Positions 42,247 to 55,799 of a stretch of 64,000 nucleotides of DNA are shown here, in pieces. The stretch covers positions 2,493,101 to 2,557,100 of the forward strand of contig MU057202.1 in the NCBI GenBank assembly GCA_013239625.1. Direction: 5' to 3'. The stretch's first letter is position 1. Each line of letters begins with the position of its first letter. Source of the stretch: Lama guanicoe. Lineage: Eukaryota. Below the pieces are notes generated by a model. It was not told the DNA's origin, ran no database searches, and worked only from the letters and a program-made list of their open reading frames with translations. A program made the translations under genes and the position numbers.

Positions 42247-44101
42247 TAAAAGCACCATGAGATTCCTGGAGAAAATAGTGAATAAATGTACATGACAGAT
42301 GTGCTCTTTTCTACTTTATATGGCTTATTTCAAAGAACAGTAATAATTATGTTATTCATTTAAAAATAAACCATACTATGCTTATAATAATGAGCTTAAA
42401 ATAATTCATGAGTAATGGATTTACCACTCTGAATATTGTTCACTACATTCAACTTCTATTAAACTGTAATCTGAGGGCACGTGAAATTTTTTACATGCAC
42501 TCAAGCGTACTTGTTTTCAAAAGTGACATGAAGTTACAGGACTTCTCGACTGATTATTTGCATATGAATATAAATTGGTAAACAAATATGATTTATGTAT
42601 TGTTTATGTCAATATGCTCTTCTTACATGCTCATGAGACATCTGGACACGCCAAGTGCTTTGGATGATTCTCTGAGAAACCCAGAGGGGTGTGTGGTTTT
42701 ATATTCAAGTAGGAATTCAAGGTAAGGGTGTAACAGTCACTGTAAATGTGGGCTTCAGTATGGGAAAACCCGCAAAGTGTAATCCTGTCCCATCACCAGC
42801 ACAGCCCTTGAGGGAATCCCTAGGGCAGTGAACCCAAGCCCTGAGGTAATTTGGTAAAGCTTTTTGGATGCCTAAGGGACCAGAAGATATGAAACTCTCC
42901 CTCCTTTCCCCCTACCTCCATATGCCTGACATTGATTTTTTTCACTCTTCTTGCATTTGGAAAGGTTGTCCAACAAGAGAACGAAAAGTCTATTTCTTAC
43001 AAAGTAGCAATTAAGCCAAAAAAGCACTCACCAGTCAATACTTAATATCATAAAAACCCAGGGGAAAAAAAAGCAACACACAGTCCACAGTCTCTTAAGA
43101 CTTCAAAACTGATCATTTTGTGTTTGGCAGAAGGTAGGCACGTAATAAGCACTTACTGGAATTTATTACCCCCACCCCAGCTTCACAGAATAAATACAAA
43201 ACAAGCAAGATAGTACAGTTGGAGCTTAAAATCTTCCTTTGGAAACTTGGAAACCAGATAAAATGTTTAAAGTTCTCTTTATTAACTGGGTACAAGCAGA
43301 GATTTTTCCAGGTGAAGAAGTGTGACAGAAAGACAGGGCGGGTTGGGGGGGGGGTACCTGGGAAAAAGACCCGTGCACAAAAGCACTATTCTTTTGTAAA
43401 CAATGGCAGAATAAAGAGCTACAACGAACATCATTGTTCTGGTGGGGGCGGGAGTAATTGTACAAGGATTTACAGGGCACTTGGCCTCTCTAAAAAGAAA
43501 GAAATCCCCCTCCCCCTTACAAAAGGAAAGAAATCTCAGCTGCATTGAAACCACTTTGAGAAATATATTTTAGTATGTTTTACATGTTTGTATAAAAAAT
43601 GTATATTGACACAATCCAATTACTTTATCAAACAGGCATATAAGAAAGGCTTTTACAGACAAAAGGGGATAAGTATTTCGAAGCATTAGATATTAAAGGG
43701 CAAAAACAGCGAAAGAATCAAGTGCTGCTCACATAGAAATATGTGTGTCAGATGCTGAGGTGGGCAAGGACTGAGCTGCTCCTGAGAGAACACGTGGAGT
43801 TGTGCAGCAGTGTTGCTCTTCACAAATGAGCCCGAGACTGAGAACGCATAGGTGCTCAAGGTAGCTCAGCTAGGCAGGGTCTGAAAGACGGAGGGGTCTG
43901 GAGCCGGATAAGGCTTTGTGTTTGAGGGCTGGAAATGCCCCTTCCAGGAGCCACGCAGTGGCCTCTGCTAGGTCTGGGGCGGGCCCCAGGTGAGGCCACC
44001 GCAGATGCGACAACGGAAGCCACAGCGCTTGGGGGCGCCCCGAAGCCACCTGGAGGCTGATGCCGAGGCGAAGCGCCGACCTTCTCCAAGGCCAGACTCT
44101 G

Positions 44102-44131
44102 CTGACCGTAACTGACCATAACTGACCATAA
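44102..44131. repeat. 10-bp tandem repeat x3
   Basis: ctgaccgtaa ctgaccataa ctgaccataa. Confidence 0.9.
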
Positions 44132-44869
44132 ATGAAATAATGCAGTTGCGGTTCTTTTCCTCGTTAGGACAAAGTGTCAGGGAAATTATCGTTGGATAGT
44201 TTCCTTAAGAAAAGAAAAGAAAAAACAAAAGAACTACCAAGTAAAATAAACCAGTCATAAAAATAAAAATAAAAAAACAAAACAAAAAACACCAAAAAAC
44301 TGCGATGTGCTTGTGGTGGAAAGCCAAGGAAAACAGACACAGAACACGGACGGCGGAGCAAGAACCGGCAGCTCCCAGATGGGTGCTCTCAGGACACAGT
44401 CACTCCTTTATTTTCAGGTGGAGACATCATCAGCCCACCTGATCGGCGCGGGAAACAGGACCGAGGCCACGTCGCGGCAGCTCCGCCGCGGGGCAGAACC
44501 GAGCTTGCCGGCGGGGCGCGTATCCGCGGGGCCGGCTTGTTCCCGGGCTCGCGCTCCCCGAGCCCGCCGCCCTCTGCCCCGCCCACTCGGCCCGGCCCGT
44601 GCGCGTGCGCACGACGCGCTCCCCGCCGCGCGCGCGCCCCGGCCCCGCCCCGGGCGCTGCAGGCGGCCGGCTTCCGCCACGCCTGCCATGGCGGCGGCGT
44701 CGGCCCTCCCCTGGCCCCGCCTTCCGGGACGCCGCGCGGGTCACCTGACGCGGCTGCGGGTGGAGGAGACACAAGAGGAGTCGCTGTCGCCACAGTCGGA
44801 GCTGTCGCCGCCGCCGCCTGGAGCCGTCGGGACCCTACGCCTCGCCGCTCCTGCCCAGCCTGCCGCGCC

Positions 44870-44909
44870 ATGCCGTCAGAGAAAACCTTCAAACAGCGCC
44901 GAACCTTCG
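44870..44909 (+). CDS. MAP1LC3B: MAP1LC3B exon 1
   Basis: gccATG; MPSEKTFKQRRTF G|GTGGGT; 40 nt. Confidence 0.98.
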
Positions 44910-46539
44910 GTGGGTGCCGCGGGCCGGCCGCTGACGGAGGGCCGGGGCCTCGGCGGCCGGGGAGCGGGCGGCGGGCCGAGGGGCCGAGGCAGGGGCCTGA
45001 CGGGCGGAGGACGGCCGGGCCCCGGGGCCCTGAGGGACTGAGGCGGGCGCGGGGGGCTGCCAGGCTGAGGGGCCGAGACGGGCTGAGGCGGGGCTGACGG
45101 AGGGCCGCGCCCGGGGCGGCCGAAGGGCCGAGGGCTGCGGGCCTGGAGGTCTCAGGGGCGGAGGGCCGGGGGCGCGGGGGTCCGAGGGCGCGCTCGCGTG
45201 GAGCTGCTGAATCACCTTTTGGCCCCTGGCGGGCTGTGGGCACCGAGCCCATCAGCCCTTCAGCCCTCCAGCCCTGGGGTGTTACGGTTCCTCCGACACG
45301 CGCAAGCCGCGCAGGGTTGTCGTCCTTGGGCGGGAGCCTGGCCTGGACGCCGGGCTGGGACAGGCCCTTTGAAGTGGTGGCACTGAGGTGCAAGGGAGTC
45401 ATCTTCAGGTAGGTCGTCTCGATCACACGTGGTCCCTTAACGCGTCGGGATCTTCGCGGAGGAGAGACTCAGAGGCCGTGCCGTCCTCATGCCCGCACCT
45501 TCCCGAGCAGCCCCTCACGGCGGGGACGTCTTGATCCTATTTGTGACACAAGAGAGAGGGTGGGTGGCTTTTCTAACTGGCTTGCGACAGCAGTCTTTGA
45601 CACCAGCGGTAAATCAGATCTCTCCCAGTTCGGGCTAGAATTCCCGCTTAGCTTATTGGCATTTGGTTGGAACTGCAAGTAACATCACAATACTTACTTC
45701 TCCGCAAAAGAGCATGAGAAGGAAGTGGTTGGTGCCCCTCTTAAGCAAGACATTTAACCGCGATAACAGCGTGGCCTCCTCGGAGATCCTCGTATGGTGC
45801 TTGTTTATAGCAGCTGTAGAGTCCAGGTGGAGCAGGGCGGGACCAGGGCTCCTTCCAGCCACAGAGAATTTCCTGGCCTAATCTTCTTTAGGATCTTAAG
45901 CTGTGATACTGCTCCTCTAGTTTTGTCTGGTTCCGTGGAGTCCAGGAGGCTGGGCACACATTTGAGCTTGGATATGATTTGGTAGATCTCATTGTCGATG
46001 ATTATTTCATCTCTTGTGCCTGAGAAGCTCCAGTTACCGAAATTCACGGTGGCCTTCCGAGCATATATCCTTTCAGCCCCTTGAGGCGGTTGGTTGGTTA
46101 GCAAGACTTAGGGCTTGCCTTTTTTTTTTTTTTTAAAGAGATTTTCTCTTTAGTGACTCTCCTGAACTAGTCGATATTCACGAACATTGCTTAGTTTCTG
46201 TGCAGCCTTGAGAGCAGCATTTGAAGTAGATTTGCTATTGTATCAGGTTACTGTCCTTATTGACTGGCATTGAAAGTTAACTGGGGATATTTGTATGGGA
46301 AAGATGCCCATTTTCTCATGGCTGAAACTATAGTTTCTTTTTGCTTTGAGTATTTTTAGGTTATTCTAGAAAAGTCTCTGAAGAAGGGTGGGTAATAAGA
46401 GTAGGAAAAGTAAGAATAATACCTTGTGAATTAGAAGGAATTTATTTACCCTGGAGCCTGTGGCCCTGAGGGTAAAGGCAAAGAATGCTGGCTCTTTTCT
46501 CCGTTAGTGCATCCATATACTGCACTTGTGGGCTTTCCT

Positions 46540-46832
46540 CTAGCTTTATTGAGAAATGACATTCATCACTAGGCATATATAGCATAATGGTTTGAATTAC
46601 ATATATTGTGAAATGATTACCACAGCGGGTTCAGCCAACATGCATCTTATATAGATAAAATTAAAGGGAAATTTTTCTTTGTTTTTTATTTTGGGGGTGG
46701 TAAGTAGGTTTATTTATTTATTTTTAGAGGAGGTACTGGGGATTGAGCCCAGGACCTCATGCATGCTAAGCATGCGCTGTACCATTTGAGCTATATCCTC
46801 CCCCTGAAAATTTTCTCTTTGTGTTGAGAACT
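46540..46832 (-). mobile_element. L1 3' end fragment interrupted by a SINE
   Basis: tagctttattgagaaatgac...atattgtgaaatgattaccaca...tttgtgttgagaact. Confidence 0.6.
46683..46804 (-). mobile_element. tRNA-derived SINE (Vic-1-like)
   Basis: gtaggtttatttatttattttt...ggaggtactggggattgagcccaggacctcatgcatgctaagcatgcgctgtacca...gagctatatcctccccc. Confidence 0.9.
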
Positions 46833-47976
46833 GCCTTCCACCTTTTTAAAAAGAGCTCTTTGATGATCATTTCGCAGAAAAGTATCAAATATCATGTAAC
46901 GGCTGCTGCCTTTCCTTGCTGTTGATTATGTTAATCAGCCCTGGCAATTTTCAGAAATTTGTAGCACAGTAAATGAGGAAAATCAGTTCTTTGGAAGGAC
47001 CTTTGTAGAACCAATCCTAGTTAACTTGAGCTGTGCTCTTTCCAAGTGAGTGATAAGGTTAATTAAAAAGTATAGCTCTGCTGATATATTCTAATCTACC
47101 AGGATCTAGAGGGTTGAGCTAGATCTTGGGGCTCACCCCAAAAACACTTTCTTTTGTGGCTGAAGAAACTGGGTGGGACCCTGAGAGGTCAAGATCATGG
47201 TCCACCTAGTGGCAGAGTCTGGACTTGTACTTTTAACCTTGTCATAGAAATTCTTCCATCCTCCAGTAGGTAGCCGACATTTCCTAAACCCAAAGTGCAC
47301 CAGCACTCTGAGTCAAGGGGCATAGTGTGTCCTTGCAGAAAATTTTATGAACTGTTAAAGTTGTATCTGAGCAAATTTTGGATTCAGTCTTAAATGTAAT
47401 CATTTCACTCCATTTTCTTCTAGGGTTGCCCCTGTTTCTTTAATGACAGATCCATCTCCCAGACACTATTCTGCTGAGATTCAGTGTTAAACCTAGATAT
47501 TAAGTTTCACCATTGATAACAAAAGGGTCTGCATGTCTCTAGGGGGAGTGCATTTGTTGGTCTAGAATAAGTGAACTTATGCTGTGTCTCCCCTTGATGG
47601 ATGGGATATTACATTTATGATTTATAGACAGATTGGGGAAAATATGCTTCCATTTCAGTGAACTAAGTCCTAGAAAATATATGTAAGTTTTACTTTAGAT
47701 GCCCTAGGGAATTGCAAAGCAACTTTGCAAATAAGACAGCTTAGACTCCTATTCTGTTTTTCTTCTTTTTGTAAGGCTTATTATGAGTTCTTGGGGACAA
47801 GAAGAGGAATCTGGGGAAGTATATCCTGACATAGACTTGGAATAGTATTTCCATTTTACAGCTTTCCTTTCGTTACTAGCATCTAGGTGTACAAGCCTGA
47901 GGCCTGGGAGAGCACAGGCGTGGCTAGAGCTGGGTCCCTGACTGCCGGGGGCAGTCTGTTGAGAAAGGCGAATGAT

Positions 47977-48022
47977 AAACAGATCACAGCATTAAGAAAC
48001 AGATCTTCACAGCATTAAGAAA
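47977..48022. repeat. Imperfect tandem duplication of about 20 bp
   Basis: aaacagatcacagcattaag / aaacagatcttcacagcattaag. Confidence 0.85.
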
Positions 48023-48759
48023 ATAATTGAGTAAATGAATTGCTCTTATGGGCCTTGGCTCTGTGTTGTTGGTAATGCTTTTGTTAAATATACTGTTAGC
48101 CTCTGAAAATGGCCTTCTGCTGAAAAAGAGCAGCATCGACATGGACAGTATTTACTTACTCTGGGTGCACCGCTGGGTTTTCACTGCAATTGGCCAAGAC
48201 ACTGAAGACGTTCCTGCGGGACTTTGGTACTGCTCTTTTCACCTTAAGGAAGTCACTTGACTTCCTCAGTTCTCCCACCTTTAGTTACCATTTTTGCCTT
48301 CCTTTTTGGACCGTATTTTGGGGATAAGTCAAGATACATCTTGACACTATAGTTTGACGCCTCACGTTTAGAACCAGTTTTTTTCCTTCTCCACTTAGCA
48401 AATAAACTTGTTTCCTTACATTAAAAAATCTCTTCCCCCTTCTGCCTGAATAATTCCACTTGCCTTTTAGATTTATTAGGATAAGCTATTAAGTGTGAGA
48501 CATTCCAGGTCATATTAAAAGAGTTATTACTTATTTGCTACAGTGAATTAATGACATTGTGATTTCCCCTGGCTTCTGAAATCTACTGACATAATAGAGG
48601 TTTTTGTTGTAACGAGGTCTGATGGTAGAGCATCTTTTCTGGGCTAAGACAGACATAGGAACAGGTCTTAGAGCTGAGAGACAACGAAGAGGAATCAGTG
48701 AAACCCCCAGAAATAGAGAGGGATTCGAAGGAGGATGTAAAGGAAAACTCCTCCCCCTG

Positions 48760-49465
48760 TATCTCCTTAGTCCTCCTTAAACCCTGCGCTTCCACTTCTC
48801 ACACCAGACAAGTGGGCTTTCCACACATCAAGCAGTTCAGCTGGGTATCCTACAGTTTAACTCATTTCCAACACTACCTGACCCAGGGGGTTAAGGGCTC
48901 CATCCTACCTGGCTCCCCCTCCCCAAGCCTAATTCAAGCGCAGGTTGTTCTCTGACTGGCTGTAAATCAGGTTCTAAGACCCCCTCACATGTGAGTGTGG
49001 CTCACAGAACTCAGGAAAACCCATTAACTTTTAGATTACCAGATTACTGCAAAGGATATTTAAAGGATAGGAGTGAAGACCCCAATGAAGAGACTTACGG
49101 AGAGGAGTCCTGAGTACAGGAGCTTTTGTCTTTGGAGTTTGGTATGTGCCACTCATGCCACCTGGAAGTTCTCCAAACCATTTTGGGTGCTTTGGAGGCC
49201 TCCCTTCTTAGCATCATTGTCCGGTGGTGGTTGGCTCAGTCTTCAGCCACCTCCCTCTTCCCTTGTGGTCAGGGGGTGGGGCTTAAAGTCCCAACCTGCT
49301 AATCTTTGTTGGTTCCCCTGGCAACCAGTTCTCATCTTCACAGGCTTTCCAACAGTCATATAAAACTCAGGTGTGTTTGGAAGGGGCTTGTTATGGATAA
49401 CAAGAGACACGTATCAGGAAATTCCAGGGGTTTTGGGAGCTCTTTGCCAGGACCAAATAATCACT
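48760..49465. mobile_element. MER21/MER77-like ERV LTR
   Basis: ccacacatcaagcagttc...ctggctgtaaatcaggttc...ctcacagaactcaggaaaac...aaaggatatttaaaggata...ggaaattccaggggttttgggagctct. Confidence 0.6.
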
Positions 49466-49659
49466 AGATTTATCTTTAGCCTCAGTGAATAGAAATATGA
49501 GCTGGCAGGAATCTATGAGTCTGCAGTCTTTGTAGCAAAAATGTTTATATTTAGTGATTTATCTTAGAAGCTGATACAGAAATGTTGGGTGGGAAAATAG
49601 AAGCTGTATGTCCATATTTGAATATAGGAATTATTTCAGTTAGGGGGAGGTTGGAGGGG

Positions 49660-49775
49660 GTGGGATAGTTAGGGGGTTATTTGTTTTTTTTTTTTTAAGG
49701 GAAGTACTGGGGATTGGACCCAGGACCTCACATGTGCTGAGCACGCATTCTACCACTGAGCTCTATACCCTCCCC
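49660..49775 (-). mobile_element. tRNA-derived SINE (Vic-1-like)
   Basis: T tract, then gaagtactggggattggacccaggacctcacatgtgctgagcacgcattctaccactgagctctataccctcccc. Confidence 0.88.
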
Positions 49776-50554
49776 ACCTTCAACGGTTTTTATGAAGAAT
49801 GATACTGAAGTGGTTTCTTGAAAATCCAAACAAAATTGGCAATGATGTTAGGATTAATTTCTTTGTGTAGGTCGTAGCATGACTCCACTTATATTGTTAC
49901 ATTATTGAGAACTGGACTTGGCTTGGCTTTTTTTCCTGTATTCCCCAAAAAGCCTAATACAGTTGTTGAAAATATAAAGTGATTATATTAAGGCAGAGAA
50001 TACAGAGACTTACTGAAAAGTATTCAGCAGTAGACTTTGTGCTTTAAACTTTTTATTTCTTTTGGGCACTGACAAACTATGTAAAACTCAGATAAGGTAT
50101 TTTTTTCAATATTCTTTTCTTTTGGGTAGTTTTTTAAAGCACTATATCATTAAAAAGCTGGAAGTAGTAACATTGCATTGAAGGGTTTATTATGGATATT
50201 TATACCAACTTAGGCTGGAAAATTCATAAATTGATGGGTGGTAGGAGGCCTTGGAGGAAAGACTGGTAATTGTATCTAGGACCCTGGGGTTCCAAGCCCT
50301 CATTTACTTGATTTATTCTGTATTCCTGGTCTCATGGCATACCACCTGATAGAGCCGTGTAATTGCATGTTGGTTTCCATGTAAGTTGTCTCTGTTCTTA
50401 CATGCCAACCTTTGCCAGACATGAAGTGTTAGTGTTTGGTTTCTCTCAGTTCTAGGGAAGATGTCTTTGCTGCTCTGCTCTGCCACAGCTAGGGATAGGT
50501 GAATTCAGATATGGAAGTCACCAGGGAAAATTCATGAAAGAGGCTGCATTTTAG

Positions 50555-50731
<177 letters not shown>

Positions 50732-51189
50732 TAGCAGGAGTTTCTGCAGGAATCCGCAAACATGCAGCCCCAGTGTGTTAGGTTCATGACCTGGAATGGA
50801 GATGTCTTAGTGCACTAGACAACCTTTTAATCTAATCATTCTGCTTCCTCCTTTGCTGCCTTAATGGTATATATACACTTCACAAATCAGATGCATTTAC
50901 CTGGGGATAGAGGGGCTAGATGTGTTGGTATTTTATCAATGGAGGATGGTATCCACACACTTCTAAAGGATTTAAAGATTTAACCGTGACTACACATTTT
51001 AGACTGCCTGACTTTGATGTCCCAGAGAATTCTCTCCTTATATTTGTTATGTTCGGTTTCTTTGCAGGAGATGGAGGAAGGACATTGCTCTTGCCATATG
51101 TAGAGACCTCAGATGCTTATTGCTCTCTGCCCTGGATCCTTTGGTGGTGGGCCTTAAATAGGTTTCTGCTGAGGCACTAGGTCTGGAGA

Positions 51190-51350
51190 GAAATGGTCAA
51201 AAGGAACTTTTGGTTTCAGACAGGCTGAGTTCAGGCTCTAGGTTCAAGGTTACTCAGTGATCTTGGGGTAGGTACTGAAGTTCTGAGAAGAGCTACCATA
51301 TTCTCATCTGTAAAATGGGGAGAGAAAACCATCTCAAGCAGTTGCTGGAA
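51190..51350. mobile_element. MIR SINE fragment
   Basis: tcagacaggctgagttc...gtgatcttgggg...ttctcatctgtaaaatgggg. Confidence 0.6.
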
Positions 51351-52704
51351 AAATTTGCACAGTTCTAAGGACGTGATTGTTAGCCTGCAGACCACTTAGA
51401 GGAGACTACTGCTAAGTTCTGTAGAAGTTTCACGTTTGGCTTTCTGACTGATGATCTCATACCAAAGGGAGGGAAGAGATGGGAGATCTGTGAGATCTGT
51501 GAGGTGGGGTTTGCGAGGTGCACAGAAGAGGGTGGGTCTGCAAAGCAGTGTCACGACGTAGGATTTTGTAGTTCCCTGTGTTCCATGGACTGGTTGGAAA
51601 TTTTAGTATGTCCTTGCCCTCAGGGTTAACATTTGGCCTGGGGATGAGTCTTCTGGGGAATTTCCTTATTTTTAAGGTTTTCTTCACTTTGAGCACCCTC
51701 TGTGTCTGTTTGCTAGCGGGCACTCGTTGCTGGGAACAAGCGGCTGGCCTAGCGTCTGCCAGCGTTTGTCCCACAGCCTCCTAGTAAACTGTGACTGTCT
51801 GCACACAGAGTCATCTTTCTGCCAGTAGTTTCAAGGTTTTTTGTCTGTTTGTTTTGTGGTTTCAGGTTTTGGGTTTTTTTTTTTTAATAGAAGTCCCATT
51901 CATACTTCCTTGTACGTAATAATCGTGTTCTGAACGTACTTCATAGATAAAGCTATTGATTTCAGCAAAGAAGGTGATGGCAGCTTGACTTGGCTAACCC
52001 AGAAAGAGCCTCATGTTGGCGCCATACAGTGGAACTAAGTACATGCAAACTTCTCCCCTCTCCTAAATATTTCCCGTTCCTACCCTTCAACTTTCTGTGA
52101 CAGGGTAGAGGGTTGCTGTACATGGAGAGGGGTGTCCATGGTACTTAGTGAACAGGTAGTGATGAGACTCAGGTGCAGTTAGCAAGCTGCAGTCAGCGAC
52201 TTTATAGTATAGTGGCTTAGAACTAGAAAAAACAATTATTTTTTTACAATTATAGAAAGGAACTGTGACAAGGAGCTAATGGGTTTATTTCAGTACATGA
52301 TGTGGAACTAATTTTGTTCCCTGCATAGTTCAGGATTCTTTTAAAACTCATTAAAGAATTATCAAGAATACTTTATCAAAATGACAGACCCCAAGCCTTT
52401 TTCTGACTAGGTAGTGTGTTTTCATGTTTCTAAGTAACAGTTCATAGCAAAGTTGCTCTCCCTACCCAGTAGCTGCCACACTCCCCTCCCTGGAGGTAGC
52501 CCCATTGTCCCGTGGGCAGCGTATTTCATAAGGGATGGAGTCTAAGCTGACAAATGAACACACGTCAGGAGAATGAGGAGGAAACTAATGAATGTGCTGT
52601 TTTAAACCCCATTTTGGCATGTGCCAGCTACAACATAGGAAGTGTTTTATTTATTTTTCATTGCAATGGCCATTTTAAAATCACTTTTCTGGCTTCTCTT
52701 CTAG

Positions 52705-52815
<111 letters not shown>

Positions 52816-53265
52816 TGAAAAGCACCTTTTTATTTCTTCAGGTAGCTTCTCATTCGTTCAGACTTACAGATAAATGTTCAGTTCTGATAAAAATCTGTGC
52901 AAACTTAATGAAACTAGAAGATGTTTCATTTCTGAGTTTTTGTATTTCTGAATCTCATGTCTGTTCTGATTCTTTCATCGTAACGTCTACGTAGATGTTG
53001 TCTCGTAATCTGAAAAGTTATATGAGTTTTGTGTAACAAAGTCAGTAAAAGACAGTGTAAACTTAGTCCACTGGTAATTGCACCAGCTTAGATCTTAGTT
53101 TGTAAATTATATTTTGAACTATTTTCACACATTAAACACTGGTGGCTATTCAGGCAGCATACTAGTTTAAAACTGGCCTCGGGAGTATAGTAAGAGTGAC
53201 CTAGCAAGGATTATTATCAATACTGATCATGCGTCTAATCATAGAAAATACCCTGTGCTTTATGA

Positions 53266-53589
<324 letters not shown>

Positions 53590-53837
53590 GACTAGAAAAA
53601 TGCGTCTGTTCTAAAATCTTTTTAAACCCTTACCAAGGAATGAAAAAGGGATGTTACCAGCTGAGGTCAGGCCATCTAATCAGATCATCAGAACAGCAGT
53701 GCTCCTGCCTAGGAGTTTTAGGGAGTTGTTTTTGTATTTCAAGCAGAAAAACAGCTCCAAGTGAGCACACTCAGCTTTGTTTGGAAAACTTTATTATTTA
53801 ACCTAGGCTGTTTTGTTTTCAAATTCAGAAGTTTAAA

Positions 53838-53843
53838 AATAAA
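53838..53843 (+). terminator. MAP1LC3B: MAP1LC3B proximal polyadenylation signal
   Basis: AATAAA about 250 nt after the stop. Confidence 0.6.
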
Positions 53844-55170
53844 ATACTTTGCATTCTAAGTTGCCAGTAAGATAGACCGTCAAGTTATTTTAATGCTCTT
53901 TCCCCAAAAGGAACTTGCATTTTGAGCATTCAGAGAGACATTGTCTTCTCTCTACGTTCACAGAACCTGCCAGCTTTTTGTAGGACTTCTACTCAGCTGA
54001 GAAATCTCCGTAAGAGGATCTTTAAGCATAAGTTGTCAGGCATAGCCAAATCCCCCCACCCCTCAAAAACCCCTACATTTGCCGTAATAGTTGGCAGAAA
54101 GCAGGGTGGGGGGGGGTGAGAAAACTGAGCTGCTGTTGATGGTTCCTGATCGCTAATGAGTGTATTCCACGTCCACGCTTAACATTATAATGTTCACATT
54201 TGGTTTGTTCTCTAGACGGTAACACAGAAAAACACTGCTTAACAGGAACTCTGAATATAATTTTGGTTAAGTTTCTTAAAAGGCCTGGAGAAAAAGAATG
54301 ACATTTCTTCTGCTTTGAATAATAATGTGTATGAGCCCAAACCGGTGCCTGCTTTGGTGAACAGCTAGGTCACTTTCTTCTTTAGGACAGAGGTAGAAAA
54401 CTACAGAATACTGAGACTAAAAGCATTAGAATTCAGATGCGCTTCCTCTGCCTTTTGGCTTAAAAGCTGTAGTTGATCCATGTTTTATGTTAAGTATGTG
54501 ACTAAAATGTTACCATATTTTTAATTTAATTAAGAGTATTTCAGTTGTCACTGTTAGGTCGGCAGCCGTCAGAAATCCCCCCTCTACATGCATGTCCGTC
54601 TTGAAAACAGCAAAAGGAGGACTATGCTCTTCACGAATATTAACGTCAAGTTCCATTTTCCAAGGCCAACTAGAATAAATAACCAACGCTTCCTACTACC
54701 TGCATGGGATTCACTCTCCACGTGGGACTTAGCACAGAAAGGCCTGTGACCACTTAGACTACTTGTAGCAGGTCACCATTTACCCTTGTGTATTTAGGTG
54801 TGTGTGGATCGCCTGTATCTGTTAGTGGAAGTTATTCCCTCTAATGGAGGAAGCAGCAGTATCACTGCGTATGGGCCCTTGACCCCAGCAGCTCCTCCTC
54901 CCATTGCATGCATCTGTCCACATGGCTAACTCTTAATATGTATATTTTTACATTATGTAAATTCTTAATCAGCCTGTCTTGTTTAGATTGTATACATCAT
55001 TATATCTGACATTCTTGTAACTACTGCGTGATCAATAAGATTCCTTAAAGAAATTCTGCTTTTTAAAGAAAAATACCATGCTAAGAGGGGTGATTTGTAC
55101 CCCAGATTAGTGGGTGGTCACTCGATTTATAGGATCTTTAAAACAAGTACATTTTTAATGAACTAAGGTG

Positions 55171-55176
55171 AATAAA
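55171..55176 (+). terminator. MAP1LC3B: MAP1LC3B distal polyadenylation signal
   Basis: AATAAA about 1.6 kb after the stop, at the end of the AT-rich UTR; another AATAAA at 54674-54679. Confidence 0.7.
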
Positions 55177-55671
55177 GGCACAACTAAAAACTGTCATCAA
55201 GTTCAATTTAATGGATTAATATTTAAGACTTGCAGTCTGTATCATCCAAATCCAAATGTGGGTAATATCTTTCTAACAAGTTGGGAGGCTGGTTTCTCCG
55301 TGCTGGGAACAGACGATGGAGGGACACCCACCTCTGAAGTTCTCTGCTTTGTCATGGGCACCTTGCTTACCTCTCGAGAACTTAGACACACCACAAAGTA
55401 TGGGGAAGGAGGACAGATGTGGGAGGGACCTAGGCGTTTTGTGGAGATAAACCCTTGAAAACCTGCTCTCAGTGAACAAAGTACAGCAAACAAAAGGCAC
55501 TGAGTGTGGGGGTTGCGGTCCAGAAGGCACTGTGTGGTGCATGGCACTCCCAGTGGCCGTGTGAGGAGCTGCAGCAGGTAAAGATACAGTACAGACACCA
55601 GCCAAGTGGCCCGCATAGTCACTTGAAAACTCTGGACCCAACTCAGATTGAAATAGGCACTTAAATGTTTG

Positions 55672-55799
55672 TGGAGGGGGGTGGGGGAGCTTAAGTGGGA
55701 GAGCACATGCTTAGCATGCACGAGGTCCTGGGTTCAGTGCCCAGTACCTCTAAAAAATAAACCTAATTATCTCCCCCACCTCCCACCAGGAAAAAAAAA
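55672..55799 (+). mobile_element. tRNA-derived SINE (Vic-1-like)
   Basis: agcttaagtgggagagcacatgcttagcatgcacgaggtcctgggttcagtgcccagtacctc...aaacctaattatctcccc...aaaaaaaaa. Confidence 0.88.

Larger units (their letters stand above)
43950..45530. promoter_or_regulatory. MAP1LC3B: MAP1LC3B CpG island / promoter
   Basis: NRF1-like TGCGCGTGCGCA 44600-44611, GC boxes, YY1-like CCATGGCGGC near 44686, ETS CTTCCGG 44721-44727, CLEAR-like GTCACCTGAC 44740-44749. Confidence 0.88.

Noticed and set aside
44685-44691. Strong-Kozak upstream ATG (gccATGg), out of frame with LC3B
   Set aside because: Probably upstream of the main TSS and better explained as a YY1-like motif; it cannot be called a uORF without TSS data.
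44307-45426. 244-aa (+) and 345-aa (-) ORFs over the LC3B CpG island
   Set aside because: Stop-poor GC-rich sequence with Arg/Pro/Gly/Ala-biased composition; no domain recognised.
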